A stretch of 63,804 bases of DNA, filler included, from Dimorphilus gyrociliatus (taxonomy: Eukaryota > Animalia > Annelida): the NCBI GenBank assembly GCA_904063045.1. It is 4 parts of 4 records of this genome, joined end to end, with 100 filler letters (N's around TTAATTAATTAA, not from the genome) between each part and the next. Parts side by side here need not be neighbours in the genome. Positions count along the whole stretch, not along the records: positions 42,675 to 56,832 come from CAJFCJ010000074.1; positions 56,933 to 63,804 come from CAJFCJ010000309.1; 2 more parts are not named here. One strand, given 5' to 3'. Shown piece by piece: positions 49,101 to 61,203 of this stretch (positions are counted from its first letter, which is position 1; every line of letters starts with the position of its first letter). A program made the translations under genes and the position numbers. A model generated the notes under the pieces. That model made no database searches. It had not been told where the DNA came from and worked only from the letters and a program-made list of their open reading frames with translations.

Positions 49101-52100
49101 AGTACTCTAACAGCACTACCTCCTAATAGATTAATACATTTTTGAAATCCACTTGGAGGTGGTAAGCAAATAATTTTATTGTCAATTAAATTCCATACCA
49201 AACAGCATAAATTATAGCTTAAACTATACAATTTCTGTAAATTATTCAAATTTCTAACCATTAATAGAGAATAGTCAAATGGTATAAATGAATTATTCAG
49301 ATGGAGCTCCCTTAATTGTGTTAATTGGTTAAAAAAACCATTCTTTATGACCCTTATCCTACAATTTGTCATTTTTAATATTTTCAAATTTCCCAAACTT
49401 GAAAATGAATTGGATTCAACAATTGAAATTTTTGTATATGAAATATCTAAATAGATTAACATTTTAGGGTCAAAAGTTGATAAAAACTGTATATTTGTTA
49501 TTGGATTATAGGAAATATCCAGATATTGCAACATTTTTAGCAATAATTTTGAATGATTTTGAAATTTGAAAATGTTATTTTTTTTTAAATTAGCAACAAC
49601 CAAATTTGGAAATTCATTGAAAGAAATTATTGAATAATTGTTGTTTTCTTTAATTTGTAGAATATGCAAATTAGTAGAGATTGTATTAATTGGTTTTATG
49701 ATTAAATCTCCAACAGTTAACAAGCTCTTTACATATTCAGGTAGTAAAATATAATTTGATTCATCTATTAACTGTTTAAAACCTGTTCTATTACAAATTA
49801 AACTGAAAGGATTCTTTCTCTGGCAATATATTGATATTGAAGCATTTTCAGGACAAAATAATTCGTCACTACCATGGAAACAGTCAACAATTCCATTACA
49901 CACCTTTTCAGCTAGAATAAAATGACTTTGATTTCTACATTTGAATGAACCTTCCGGTTGAAAATTTCCTGCAAACATTGCAGTGTGTGTAAGAGTGTGT
50001 GTGTATTTTTTTTTCATTTGTTAAAACTACCGCAAAAGCTTTCATCATCGCCAAGCAAACAATGATTAATGCCATCGCAAAATTGTTCAATAGATATACA
50101 ATAGTTATTCATATAACAAAGATATTCGCCAACTTTGCATTTAGTCTCTTTGCAATCTTTCAACTCCTCATATGGAAAATGAGGTCTAGTTCTCAAGTTT
50201 CCCATTGAATCGTAGACTATCCTACACCTTGTTTCCGAAATCTCTTTCTTTTCAGTTGAACACATTCCTTTACTGTACGTAATAAACTGCTCCCTGCAAG
50301 CCTTACTTTCATCTATTCCATTTCTGCAGTCTTTCTTGAAATTACACTTAAAACTACTTGGAAAAATTTTGTCAAAACACAATATTATAGAATTATCTGC
50401 TGGACAATACAATTCAATAATTTTGTTAGGTTCTTTTATAATTGTTCCATTTTTTCCATACCAATAGGATAATTTTTAGATTTAATATATTTATAATTTT
50501 CATCACTTTTATCAAAGCAATTTCTTTCACTATCACCAAATACATTTTGTTTCACACATTGTCCATTTGAACAGTATCTGCCATTGGTTGATTAATATGT
50601 TCAGCAATAAGAAACAAAAACAACTATTGAATAAAACTGAACCTATGGTTGTCATCTGAACAACTTCTTCTTGCTAAGGAAAAACAAAAACATTCATTTT
50701 AATAAGAGAAAAAATAATTTTTTCTACTGCAAAATATTTCATCAGATCCATCTGGACAATTGATTATAAAATCACAAACAACTGCAATACTGACAACTAC
50801 ATTTGAACTATGGCAGTGGAAGAATGTTGTTGAATTCTTGTTGCATTCTTCATCCTCACCCAATGGACAATCAATTACATTATCACAAATATATGCGTAA
50901 GAGATACAAATTTTTGCAGTTGGACAAAGGAATGTTGCTGTTGGACATTGGAATTTGTGTGTAACTTTTAAATTGAATTCTAGCTGAATATCAGATTTTT
51001 TAATGTCTGAGTTAAAAAGAAAAAAGAATGGAAAATTTTTTGTGTGGATTTTTTTAGAATGAAAAACAAAAGAAGCTCAACTAGATTTTCCGTGACAAAT
51101 GAATCGTTTTGAAAAAATTTCATCACACATTGTAGATTTCAATTGTATCAAGCCATAATAGACGACTACTGATAGTTTTATTTCAAAGCATTGTTGAAAA
51201 GATTTTTCTAGTATCATATCTCCAATAATGATAGAATTATCAATTATCTCTGATTTTGATAAGCAAGTCTAACATAGGATAATAAATTAGTCTTTCAATT
51301 GAATATCTGTGTCTACATGCATACACTCTCTAAAAATAAATCATTTGTTGATTTATAGACAACTGGTAAGATTGTAGAAGTGACACTAATTGGTTTATCA
51401 TTCCTCATTAATTTCTTATACACTCCTAAAAGGAAGAATAAAAACATTTATTATAGATGTCTCTCGCATTGGGGAGAGGTAAAGGGGAAAAGAATGAAAG
51501 AATGAATGAATAAATGAACATCACTATTGGGATAGAAGTATACGTCATTAGAGAATTGTTTCCTTTGTATTTTTTGTATTATATTCAAATATATTACTGT
51601 AAAAGGCAACTTAAATGTTGGAATATCAGTTAAAGTTAAATTTTTCTCTTGGCATTCCAATTCAATTTCATTCAGTGTTAGAAATTTGATATCTTGAAAT
51701 ATATAATAGCAAATATTGTATATCGTATAAGCATTCTCTCTTTGGCAAGAATGTTCTAGATTTTGGAATATGATGACGTCATCATATAAAATAAGATTGA
51801 AATAAATACTTGAATTTTTTGAACATTCCATAAAGACATCCACAATGTATTCAGTTACATCTCTGTAATTTAGAAAAAAGTTTAGTATTCATTTATGAAA
51901 TTCAATATAAACAAAACAAACATACATTGACATTTTCCCTCCGTAATGGCAATTATTCAAATTTGAATTGTTCTTACATTGTATTGTTGTATGGCGTACT
52001 GATGACGTAATCAATTCCATATACTGTTTTTTATGATGCGCACTTTGTACTACAGTTCCATAGGAAAAGCCAAAATTTTTACAGATGATTTGAATTTCTT

Positions 52101-53537
52101 TGTATTTGATATTATAAAAATGCATTGAAGAATTTGAATTTGAAATAAAGAACATTCCATTAAAGGAATTATAACTGTGAGTTTGACCAGCAAACAGGAA
52201 ATCAATATTACCAGCCAATATGTATCTGTAGGCTGTATTTAAATGTGAATTAGTTGATAGTGATATTGAATGAAAGTGATGTTCTACCTTCAGTTGTTTT
52301 CACACAAACTGGATTTAATTGGCAGACGGAAGTGAAGTGAAAGAATCTTGGAAAACATCCTCGAATTGTGCCATTCACGTAAAAGCAATTGCCGAGGGCA
52401 ATACCCTAATTAGGTCAAGAAAATAGAATAAGAAATGCTTGAAATGTACATAGGTAATATTATTGCCAACCTTTATATAAGTTGAGTAACTATTATTGAC
52501 TAGGGAAGAGTAGTCTTTGTTGTATTTTTTACAAATAAAATCATAAGCAATGTCTGCAAGTTTTTTACCCACATACTGATAATATGTGGGAAGTATTCCA
52601 TATGTTTTTGACACAAATACGTATTTTGAATGTAAATAATTGATATATTTCCTTTTCAATGCCATTTCATAGAATAAATTCGAATTTGTTAATTTCACCT
52701 CCAAATCTAAAAGATTGGATACAATTTTTTTTTTCATTATGCATTCATCAATGAGAAATACTTTCACAGACCTTCAAGATCTAAATATGTACAATTGTAA
52801 TATTGAAAAGAGCTATTCAATACTTTGACTTGTTTGAATTGAACAGTTGAAAAATTTGAATTTAGAATTGCAATAACACTTTTACACACATTAAAATATT
52901 TTTGTTGCAAATGTATAAATTCCACTTTGCCACACAATGAAATTGCACTTTTATCCAATTGGATCAGTCTGTAATTTTCATTATTTCTTCTCAAATATAA
53001 ATGATAGACATCTGTTGAACTTTTTTCAATTGCTCTTGCAAATATATCTTAATAAATAAATATTGATTTTCTTTTATTAATAATTGTTTTTTAAATTTAA
53101 AAATGAATTTAAAAAAAAAAGTACCAACACGAAACGTTGCGTTTGTAACATTTTAACAGAGTAGCAAACGAAAAGGTTCTGTTTGTAATTTGGCTGATTG
53201 ATTGATGCATTTATTAGATAACAAAAAAAAGATAATGCAATTCTTCATACAAGTTGCAAGATTCAAAAGATGGAGAATTGAATTTTGCGTGGGAAGTTGT
53301 CTCTTTATCGATCATATTGTAAGGATAGATTAAAGAATGAATTGAATCGTATCCAATACATTTGCATAAATCATATTTCACTTCCGGTAGGTTGTTATCA
53401 TATTTAAGCCAAACATTATCAACTTTGACGAGACCTTCAACAAAGATCTCTGTTTCTTTTCTCACTTCTAAAACTATAAGATTTTGTGAGAATTGAAAAA
53501 GTGACCAACTAAACAAGCATTTACAAATGAATTTCAT
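46114..53537 (-). CDS. Large multi-exon GRL101-like receptor: signal peptide, SRCR-/C-lectin-like modules, multiple LDLa repeats, LRRs, 7TM, kinase-like tail; a few 1-nt indels (errors or incipient pseudogene)
   Basis: LDLa motifs (CNGIVDCFHGSDELFC, CDGINHCLLGDDESFC, CDNVIDCPLGEDE), LRRs, TM1-4 in 48605-50017, TM5-6 exon ~48257-48540 (TNLLSWMP), TM7 exon 48198-48036 (PINSIVNP). Tail exons 47975-47931, 46548-46337 and 46245-46114. Confidence 0.75.
46594..47886 (-). mobile_element. Mariner (Tc1/mariner) transposon, degenerate, inserted in an intron of the receptor gene
   Basis: TIRs ttaggtatgatcaaaaagttctgcac / ttaggtacaacctaaaagttctgcac flanked by TA, 1293 bp. Transposase from ATG 47743 with stops and frameshifts; WIPYDL, VTGDESW, HD and GDY motifs. 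Confidence 0.9.
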
Positions 53538-54750
53538 GACTACTACTGCTATTACTTCTACTTCTAGGATAGAAATGTGGCATGCGTAGAAGAGTTTAAT
53601 TGAAAAACAAAAATCTAATAGAGAAAATTACTGGAGACAATTAAATAAGTACTAAATCTCATTTGTAAAAGTAAAACAACACATCATTTGAAATTTTGCT
53701 GATGAAATATGAAAGTTGATTTATCGTCCATAGAAACTACTTTATTAAAAACATATCATGGATACTTTACAATAATCTTAATTAATTAGTAAAATATTCT
53801 CTTAGCCGTTGTCTGCTTCAATTATAAAATAAATATATCCTGCAATATTTTTACCAGTTTTCTCACAATTAGACTGTATTATGGTAGAAGAATCATTAAT
53901 AGGCTAAACAACAGCTGATTGTCTTATTGAAGATTTTAAGCTAAAACAGTAATACAATTCTATGCACAGATATCAACAAGAAAAAGAAAGGAGATAATTT
54001 TAGAAAGAATTCACATTCTAACAATTCTACTTCTCTTATAAGTGGCTTATTCATAATTCGGTTCTATTTGGACCAGTACTTACTCACAACCCCATAATAG
54101 AAAAGCATTGTGATTAAGAATTGAATTTCAAAATTCTTGAAAGGCTTCCGCAACAAATTCAATAGAAACTTAAAAGAAAAATCCTCATTTTATTAATCAG
54201 TTTCAGAAAGGTGATATTTGTGATTGTAAGCTTTTGGAGAAATGTTCAGCAGTTTAGGACGTAAAGGCTAAGCAAATATAAAAATATTAAATTTTACATT
54301 TACACTTTCAAATCATTTAAACAGGAAGTAAGGGACTACTTTCTTTGTCACGAAATACAGCTGGTAATGCAGAGTTTGATATCTACCAGTTTTCCCAAAA
54401 GCAGAGCTTTAGTTTGCTAACTATTATAACTACAAAAAAAAAGTTTCTCATTTTACAGTAAATATATTATTTATGCCACTTGGTCCAGAAATTGGAAAGA
54501 ATATATTTCAAAATATCAAAGATCATTGCTCAAATTTGAAGAAACTTATTTTATCAAACTGTGAAAAATCGTCTGCAACTGGAACAGAAAACGGCCCCAA
54601 CTGAGACAGAAAATGGCCACAGGATTCTTCAACCTAAAATATATAAAACAAGAAATGAATTAAATTTTGAAAGTGTGTTTATTTGAAGAGTTGAATATAT
54701 TATGAGACTGCAACTTAAAAGAACATGCAATTTAACAACAATTGATTTAT

Positions 54751-56724
54751 TTATTGAGCTTCCAAATAAAGTTCAGAACACTTTTCTAGAACTTTTGATG
54801 AAGTAATCTCATGCTTTTCAAATCTTTCTTAAATTGAAAATATTTTATTTTGCAGGTTCTTATAAAGCTTTCTTTGGTATCTTTATATCTTCTTTTCCGA
54901 TAACATTCTTTGATATGCTGGTAAACAATCTGCTTCCCTTTTCAATTCATTTATCACAGAATAAAATGAAACATTTACTCCAACATTACCATTCAACCTA
55001 TTGTGAAATCCCTCAACATCATTATTTGTTCTGATTGCACATTGATAGATAGACCATCTTTTTGGTAAGCAAACATCATTCATAATCCAAGTTTTTTCAA
55101 AATAATCAATGAAATCAGCAAGTTTATCAATTGATTTAAGGTAATCCTTAATTTTGATAAACTTTATTGGAATAATGTGACATGGAAGGAATGGCAAAGC
55201 CATTAGCTTTCTCATTTCAAACAATTGTCCATTTTTTTTGTTGAAGTCTGAAGAATAACCAAGCTTCTAAAAAATACAAAATTAAAAATGATTCTAGTTT
55301 GTTCTTTAGGTTGAATAATACCTGAATTTTTCTATAAACTGCTTGATTCCAATGGAATAAGCATCCTGACAGATTTACATTTTCCCAATTATGTAATACA
55401 GCTTTCCAAACAGCTTTTTCAAAATCTATAACTATCTTTTTTGGTTCTTTATATTGTAGCAGTTGATTAATGCACTGAAAAACAGTGAAATGAATATTAA
55501 GTGCATTTGAGAGAAAATTTCAAGTTGAACTACCTTGAATAACAGATTATATGTTTTTTTCTTTTTTGATGACATGAATGCATATAGAAGAGGAACCTGT
55601 TTTAATTCACCTTGTTTTCTGAGGAATGAGTGAAATGAAAACAACTGTGTAAATGGGTCCTCAACAATCTTGAAAGTTCCATCTAAGTATCAGACTTTTG
55701 ACACTGTAGATAAACTAAGTTGTTTTCAAGTGGAAAAAATAATCACTCTTTTATTATTTTCAACGACATCTTTCTTTAAGAAATCATCAGGAATGAAGCA
55801 ATTATTAATAAGAAAATTTATTCCAATAGGTTTGTTGGGTCAATTTTTTCTTCCATGGTAATTTATCATTTCTTTGAGATTTTCAACTTTTACAATATTT
55901 CCCATATTTGCAAAAGGAAGCAGACATTTTCAGCTATTTGTTTTCCACTAACATTGGTGTCTGTTTTTCCTTTTTGTTTTGCTGACACTTTCAATTCAAT
56001 AATTTGTTCTAAATTTTTTTTGGGGGGTGAATATGATATTTAGACCCCAAAGAGAAATTATTATTTCTTTGAATGACACTGGCAGGACATTTCATTTTCT
56101 TGCTTCTAACTCCACATCTCCAAATTATGAAAGTCTTGTCTTTTCTTTTGACAACAAATGAGTGACCATTAGATATAAATAATTCTTGCCTTTTTGACTT
56201 CCTGTAGGGAATATTCTGAATTTACCTTTGGTGTCATAGTTCATCTCTTGTATACTTTCAAAGGAATCCTCTATATTTATATCATTCTCATTAAAATGTA
56301 ATGTATTTCCATCCAGAGGGCTGCTTTCACTAAGATTATCAACAAGCCTGGACTCTGCATCACAATTCAGTGTTTCAATAAGAGTAACCACTTCTTTGTG
56401 ATCAACATCCATTATTATATTTTGCACATCTGTCTCTTCTCTTGTATGATTTAGATCTTTTTTTTCAGAATTTAAGACTTTATTGGTAGCTTTATCTTGT
56501 AAAATTTCATCACATTTGTTCAGAATAATTCTGATTTTCTTTTTTTCAACACTTGAACATGTAGAACATAATCCATCTACAAAATAAAGAGCTTAGTTTA
56601 CATTAAAATCAATTTGGAGCTTACCTGATAAACAAGACCAATGGACTTTATGATGACAAAGTGAACAAACACTTTGCTTCAGCTTATTAATCTTTTTCTT
56701 ACATCCAAAACAATGTAGTAGCAT
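54751..56724 (-). pseudogene. Second PHD-FLYWCH-MULE transposase, inactivated
   Basis: Exon 1 56724-56625 (CFGC..CSLC..VHWSC), intron 56624-56577, CSTC. YLDGTF, IDFE, GCLFHW, ALPFLP, RTNNDVEGFH. In-frame TGA/TAA stops and a frameshift near 56140. Confidence 0.85.
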
Positions 56725-56832
56725 TGTGGCAAAAATCTCCTTTGAGCTGCTTTAACCTATTGGCAGGAATTTAAAAATAGTCTGAAATATTCAACCTCTT
56801 AGGAAAAACTGGTGGACAATTTAATATTTTTT

Positions 56833-56932
56833 NNNNNNNNNNNNNNNNNNNNNNNNNNNNNNNNNNNNNNNNNNNNTTAATTAATTAANNNNNNNNNNNN
56901 NNNNNNNNNNNNNNNNNNNNNNNNNNNNNNNN
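56833..56932. other. Artificial contig-joining spacer (eukaryote/bacterial phage boundary)
   Basis: Same 100-bp structure; base composition and gene architecture change abruptly across it. Confidence 0.97.
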
Positions 56933-57249
56933 TTGGATAGCTCTAGATGGTTGCGACCGTTGAATTCGTCGTACATACGCATATTACGGATTTGACGACG
57001 CAGTGCATCTCCACGAGGCAGGTATTCTTGCGCGCCACCAAGGTGGTCGGCAATGGATAGGGTTAAGGTGAAGCCTAAGCTTTTCGCTTGCTCGGCTTTT
57101 AAGCCGCTTTGCGCGAGGTTGTGCACCACCAGCGTGTGCAATTCTGCCAACACCACTGGCCATTTGGTGCTGTCACCTTGCAGCTCCACAATGCGGTCTA
57201 TGTCTTCTAAATTGATGTTGTCGAATGCGATAAGTTCTTGCTGTGACAT
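56933..57249 (-). CDS. mor: Mor/C-family transcription activator (C-terminus cut)
   Basis: WPVVLAEL...LGGAQEYLPRGD.LRRQIRNMRMYDEFNGRNHLEL. Confidence 0.85.
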
Positions 57250-57413
57250 GGTCGCCCCTTATTCCTGCTTGGTGTAGGAATAAGGGTATGTCAGGGGGAA
57301 TGATCCTCAAGGGGTGATTTTAGGGTTGGGGATCCTTTTTTAACCCCTCATCACAGCGTTTGATTTTATTTTATGCAACCATATTTTCACAGTTATTATT
57401 TAAGAGTGTTGGC

Positions 57414-57773
57414 ATGGCAAAAGTAACCGTTTTAAGCGCAGATTTTCCATACGTCGAAATCAGGGCACATGGGTCTTGTCTCTTCATAAAAACAAGTATT
57501 TGGCAGTTTAATGGTGAGTGCGTACTAGCGTGTACTTTAAAAAACTTGGAAGCCATTGGAGAGGATAATGTAAAGCGCACGGGCGGCACGGTTGGAGGAG
57601 CTGCAATTGGCGCTGTGGTTGCTGGCCCAGCGGGAGCTGTTGTCGGCGGGTTACTTGGCGGCAATAAAAAAGACGTAACTTTTACCGCTGAGCTTGAAGA
57701 CAACCGCAAGTTTATGGGTGTCGTTGACAGTAAAAGTTATATGGCTTTGAGGGCAGCTAGAGAGTTTATGTGA
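57414..57773 (+). CDS. 119-aa accessory protein with a glycine-zipper segment, opposite strand to the phage operon
   Basis: ATG at 57414 preferred over the upstream TTG; GGTVGGAAIGAVVAGPAGAVVGGLLGG. Confidence 0.7.
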   Translation: MAKVTVLSADFPYVEIRAHGSCLFIKTSIWQFNGECVLACTLKNLEAIGEDNVKRTGGTVGGAAIGAVVAGPAGAVVGGLLGGNKKDVTFTAELEDNRKFMGVVDSKSYMALRAAREFM

Positions 57774-57967
57774 AGAGTTAATTCCGCTCTAATGATCGAA
57801 GCAACAGACTTTGAGTTGAATGCGTTCAGCTCTTTGGCGTCAACTGAAAGCTTTTAGACACAACCTTAGTAAACTTCATGTTTCACATAAGAACCTCTAT
57901 CTCTTGTGGCTGAACATGTTAATTGCCTACAAAACATGAAATGGCTCGTTGTGACATCAACTGTTCA

Positions 57968-58612
57968 CTACTGGTCTATAAGCTCAAGCATTTCTGTTCT
58001 AATTAAATCACGAACTACACTATTTCCATCTCTCTTTGCTTCACTCAACGCAACCGAAAGCATAAACATTTTGTCTGGAAAATCCACACCATAATTTTTG
58101 ACTCTTTGATTAAGCTTACATACACCTATTGTGAAATTTCCTTTGGGGCTCCTATCAATATAGTACTTACCAAGAAACACATTCATATGTTCATCGTAGT
58201 TATCAAAGTGAGGGTGAATAATAGCAAATCCAGAGGAGGTCCTTGGATATCGTTTTCGCTCCAAACCAGGCGGCCCAAGCGGTAGGATAGTATCAGTTTC
58301 CTTTTTCGCTTGATTACAATCAGCACAAACTACACAGAGATTTTTGGGATTGAATATATACTTCTCATACCGCGATTTAGGCGCTATATGCTCCACTTGG
58401 CAGTTAAAAGCCGAAATCGAGCTTACATCCTTTCGACAATATGCACACTTACTTCCTTGTTTCTCTCGATAAAAATTTCTGATATACGAGCGTAGTTCCT
58501 GCAATTCATCTTTGCTCCAGTCTGTGTACTTAAAATCGGGAGCGGTTTCGATAGACCTAATCAACATTAATTGTTCGGTATTGAATGGCACATGCGTCTC
58601 AATTTCTGCCAT
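57968..58612 (-). CDS. ptuB: HNH endonuclease, PtuB-like (Septu)
   Basis: CAYC...VEHIAPK...NLCVVCADCN..K; overlaps the ATPase stop by 14 bp. Confidence 0.75.
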   Translation of the reverse strand: MAEIETHVPFNTEQLMLIRSIETAPDFKYTDWSKDELQELRSYIRNFYREKQGSKCAYCRKDVSSISAFNCQVEHIAPKSRYEKYIFNPKNLCVVCADCNQAKKETDTILPLGPPGLERKRYPRTSSGFAIIHPHFDNYDEHMNVFLGKYYIDRSPKGNFTIGVCKLNQRVKNYGVDFPDKMFMLSVALSEAKRDGNSVVRDLIRTEMLELIDQ

Positions 58613-60254
58613 ATGTTTTAAACACCTCTTCTAATAAATCTATCAATTCAACTACAGCATCGCCTTCAGGAAGGTTACTTTTTAGGCTCCTTAGCATTTC
58701 TAAATTATTCATGTCTTCATCATCAAAACATTTATACTCCTTCACCTTTGAGAATATGTTAATAGCTGTTTTAATGAGATATTCATTACTAAACCCTGGC
58801 GCGCCAAAAACCCTAGCCAATTGAAAATCAGCCGAACGATTATGGTATTCTTTAGAGTGAAACAAAGTAGATTCACCTTCACGCATAGTAATGATATATG
58901 CATTTTCTTCGGGTATCGATGACAAGATGTTTGGAGAATGAGTAGCAATTATAAAGTGACAACGCTTATAGTTGGAAAAAGTATCAACAATTAGAGGAAG
59001 TAACTCCATTTGCCACTCGGGGTGCAGGCTAATTTCAGGTTCATCAATAAGAATCAATGAGTCATCTTCGATCTCACCAGCAATTGAAGACATCGTAAAC
59101 AGCAGACTCAGCTCCCCGGAACTAGCTTCTGAAAGTAAGAAGCTTTCTTTTGAGTTTACTTTCTTAAATTCAATATCTGCCAACTCAAGTAGATCAAACT
59201 CAGACAACAACTCAAGATTACTTAAATAGCTCTTATAATCCTTGTTGTTCTCATTGTTTTCTAAATCGATTGAGTAGACAATCATTTTGGGGTCGAAGGG
59301 GCTATGTTCTGTTTCGAAGGCTTCCCCGAATACCATTTTTATAGCATATAATATCTTCTTTGCTTCTGCTTCACTAACTTGCCCCTCAATATTTTCCTTC
59401 TCCTTAAAATGCCTTATCCCGCTAACAATATTTGGGATTTTATCAACCTTTAGGTCATCCTTCCTAACCCTCTCAGCAAGAAATAAATTGAGGGTAACCT
59501 TGCCTGACAAATTGAGAAATTTTAATGTCTTAGTGAAATCAATATGCTCTTGATTCGGTTTTAAGAACAGCTTAATAAAAGATGCTCCTAGTTGATCAAA
59601 TTTATAACTTAGATACCCACGTTTGAAACTAGCTCCTGCTAAACGCTTGGCTCTAGAACCTAGGTAGACATATGGCTCCCATGATTCATACTGCGAGTAT
59701 GATTCTTTGAAAGGGAATTTATCGTAAGGGCTTCCTGTAACACCTAGAATTTTTGTTGGTAAGTCGATGTCGTCGACCTTAATATCATCTTTTCGAAATA
59801 ATAGCTGATACTTATAATTTTCTGCTGATTTGACTGTCATCTCTGTCAAGTTTTGGACTTTAGATACATCTTCCACATTGTGAACTTTATATATCAGAGC
59901 GCTATCATATGGAGGCTCCATGTAAAACGTGACGTATGAATTTTCTCCGATTATTCTTTTATAAAAAAAGCACTCATCATATCTTGATACTGAGTTAACT
60001 CCATCCTTCAATGAATATGTCATACTAGAAAATGCGTTATCATCATAAAGAGACTTAACAAAGTCACTTGAACCAAAGTTATAATTATTTCTTTGAAAAC
60101 TAGATATAAAGGCTAAGCAAATTGATTGAAATAACCTACTCTTACCGCAGCCATTGTTTCCCATTACAACGGTAATTACGTTTGATTCCCCATGGTCTCG
60201 CTTTTGAGCTAGCTCAATTGATTGTTTTCTTAGCTCTACTTTGTTTAATAGCAT
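58599..60254 (-). CDS. ptuA: ABC/AAA_21-type ATPase, PtuA-like (Septu)
   Basis: Walker A GNNGCGKS, signature ASSGE, Walker B/D-loop LIDEPEISLHP, H-loop IATHSP. Confidence 0.75.
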   Translation of the reverse strand: MLLNKVELRKQSIELAQKRDHGESNVITVVMGNNGCGKSRLFQSICLAFISSFQRNNYNFGSSDFVKSLYDDNAFSSMTYSLKDGVNSVSRYDECFFYKRIIGENSYVTFYMEPPYDSALIYKVHNVEDVSKVQNLTEMTVKSAENYKYQLLFRKDDIKVDDIDLPTKILGVTGSPYDKFPFKESYSQYESWEPYVYLGSRAKRLAGASFKRGYLSYKFDQLGASFIKLFLKPNQEHIDFTKTLKFLNLSGKVTLNLFLAERVRKDDLKVDKIPNIVSGIRHFKEKENIEGQVSEAEAKKILYAIKMVFGEAFETEHSPFDPKMIVYSIDLENNENNKDYKSYLSNLELLSEFDLLELADIEFKKVNSKESFLLSEASSGELSLLFTMSSIAGEIEDDSLILIDEPEISLHPEWQMELLPLIVDTFSNYKRCHFIIATHSPNILSSIPEENAYIITMREGESTLFHSKEYHNRSADFQLARVFGAPGFSNEYLIKTAINIFSKVKEYKCFDDEDMNNLEMLRSLKSNLPEGDAVVELIDLLEEVFKTYGRN

Positions 60255-60407
60255 ATGTTACCCATACCTTCAGTATCATCAAACAGTTACCGATAGAGTA
60301 ACCTAGAGTAAAACACAACTAGTCGCATAACAATACCTTGCAATGAATCATCAAAAGTTCTGGAAAAAATAAAGTGACCTTGGCAGCAAATATAAAACAA
60401 CGCTCGT

Positions 60408-60890
60408 TTAAGTATCGATTTCAAGCACATTTATAGTCTGACCCAACCTTTTTCGCCATGCTTTCAACGACTCCAATACCACATAAGCTTGCCCCGCATC
60501 ACACCAAGCAATACAGTCCACCTTATCTTCCCGCTTAGACAGCACCCGCTGCATGTACTTATCCAGCGCCGCTTCTGAGCCATCCCGCACAATCCCCTGC
60601 TGATACATGGTGATCCAAATCGCTCGGCACTTATCAATCATACGGTTTTTTGAGTTGCCTGATTTAGGACTTAAACGCCGTTTAACCCCTGATTGTTTAG
60701 CTTTAAATTGACGCTTAAACCCTTTAGCTTCCATCGCTTTTAGCGTGGTGTCTAATTCTGTTAGGTTCATCGCTTTGCAGGAGGTTTTACCTGTGGTGGT
60801 TTGTAGCAGTAAACGGTAGATATCCTCATCCATGGCCAGTTGATTTTTGGCGATATGAATAAGTTGAATTAACGATTGACGTGATTTCAT
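60408..60890 (-). CDS. gemA: Mu gp16/GemA family protein (DUF1018)
   Basis: LIQLIHIAK.QL.MDED.YR..L...TGKTSC..M...EL..L..M...GF; ATG 60890 follows a GAGGT RBS. Confidence 0.85.
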   Translation of the reverse strand: MKSRQSLIQLIHIAKNQLAMDEDIYRLLLQTTTGKTSCKAMNLTELDTTLKAMEAKGFKRQFKAKQSGVKRRLSPKSGNSKNRMIDKCRAIWITMYQQGIVRDGSEAALDKYMQRVLSKREDKVDCIAWCDAGQAYVVLESLKAWRKRLGQTINVLEIDT

Positions 60891-60931
60891 GGCTATACCT
60901 CGCGTGGTCTTGGTGCACGTTGGTTTGGTGT

Positions 60932-60955
60932 AAAAAAACCCACAAATGTGGGCTA
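60932..60955 (-). terminator. Rho-independent terminator between the ANR gene and gemA
   Basis: Minus strand agcccacatttgtgggttttttt: stem-loop plus U tract. Confidence 0.65.
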
Positions 60956-60972
60956 AGTTGTAGGCTGTTTGC

Positions 60973-61188
60973 TTAGGCGGCGTGTTGCCTTTCATGCTCG
61001 TAACACAGCGCCCATTTATCACAGAACTCGCTGCGCGCTTGCGCCCAGTTCTCATTGCGGCTAGTTGTGGCAAACTGCGAAGCAGCTGCCCATACGAAAG
61101 CGGCGTTGGTGTAATGACCTTGCTGCTCTAGCATAGCGGCGGCCTGAGCTTGTTCTACATAACGAGCGTTTTCCTTTTGTTTTTTCAT
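60973..61188 (-). CDS. ANR-family small regulator
   Basis: AA.LE..G.Y..AA..W..A...A....N..WA..R..FC pattern. Confidence 0.7.
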   Translation of the reverse strand: MKKQKENARYVEQAQAAAMLEQQGHYTNAAFVWAAASQFATTSRNENWAQARSEFCDKWALCYEHERQHAA

Positions 61189-61203
61189 TGTGGTTCTCCA
61201 TCC

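Noticed and set aside
55640-55850. Three in-frame TGA codons in the MULE as selenocysteine or recoding
   Set aside because: The same gene also has TAA stops and a frameshift, and one TGA replaces a conserved Trp; ordinary decay.
56700-57300. Phage integrated in, or horizontally transferred to, the animal genome
   Set aside because: The junction is an artificial N-TTAATTAATTAA-N spacer; there is no real adjacency.
12920-60254. RT plus ATPase-HNH as a retron (Ec78-like) system
   Set aside because: The RT is a eukaryotic PLE enzyme on a different contig; no retron RT or ncRNA adjoins the cassette.
60891-61073. N-terminal extension of GemA in the ORF track
   Set aside because: It overlaps the ANR gene and a terminator; the RBS and family motif support ATG 60890.
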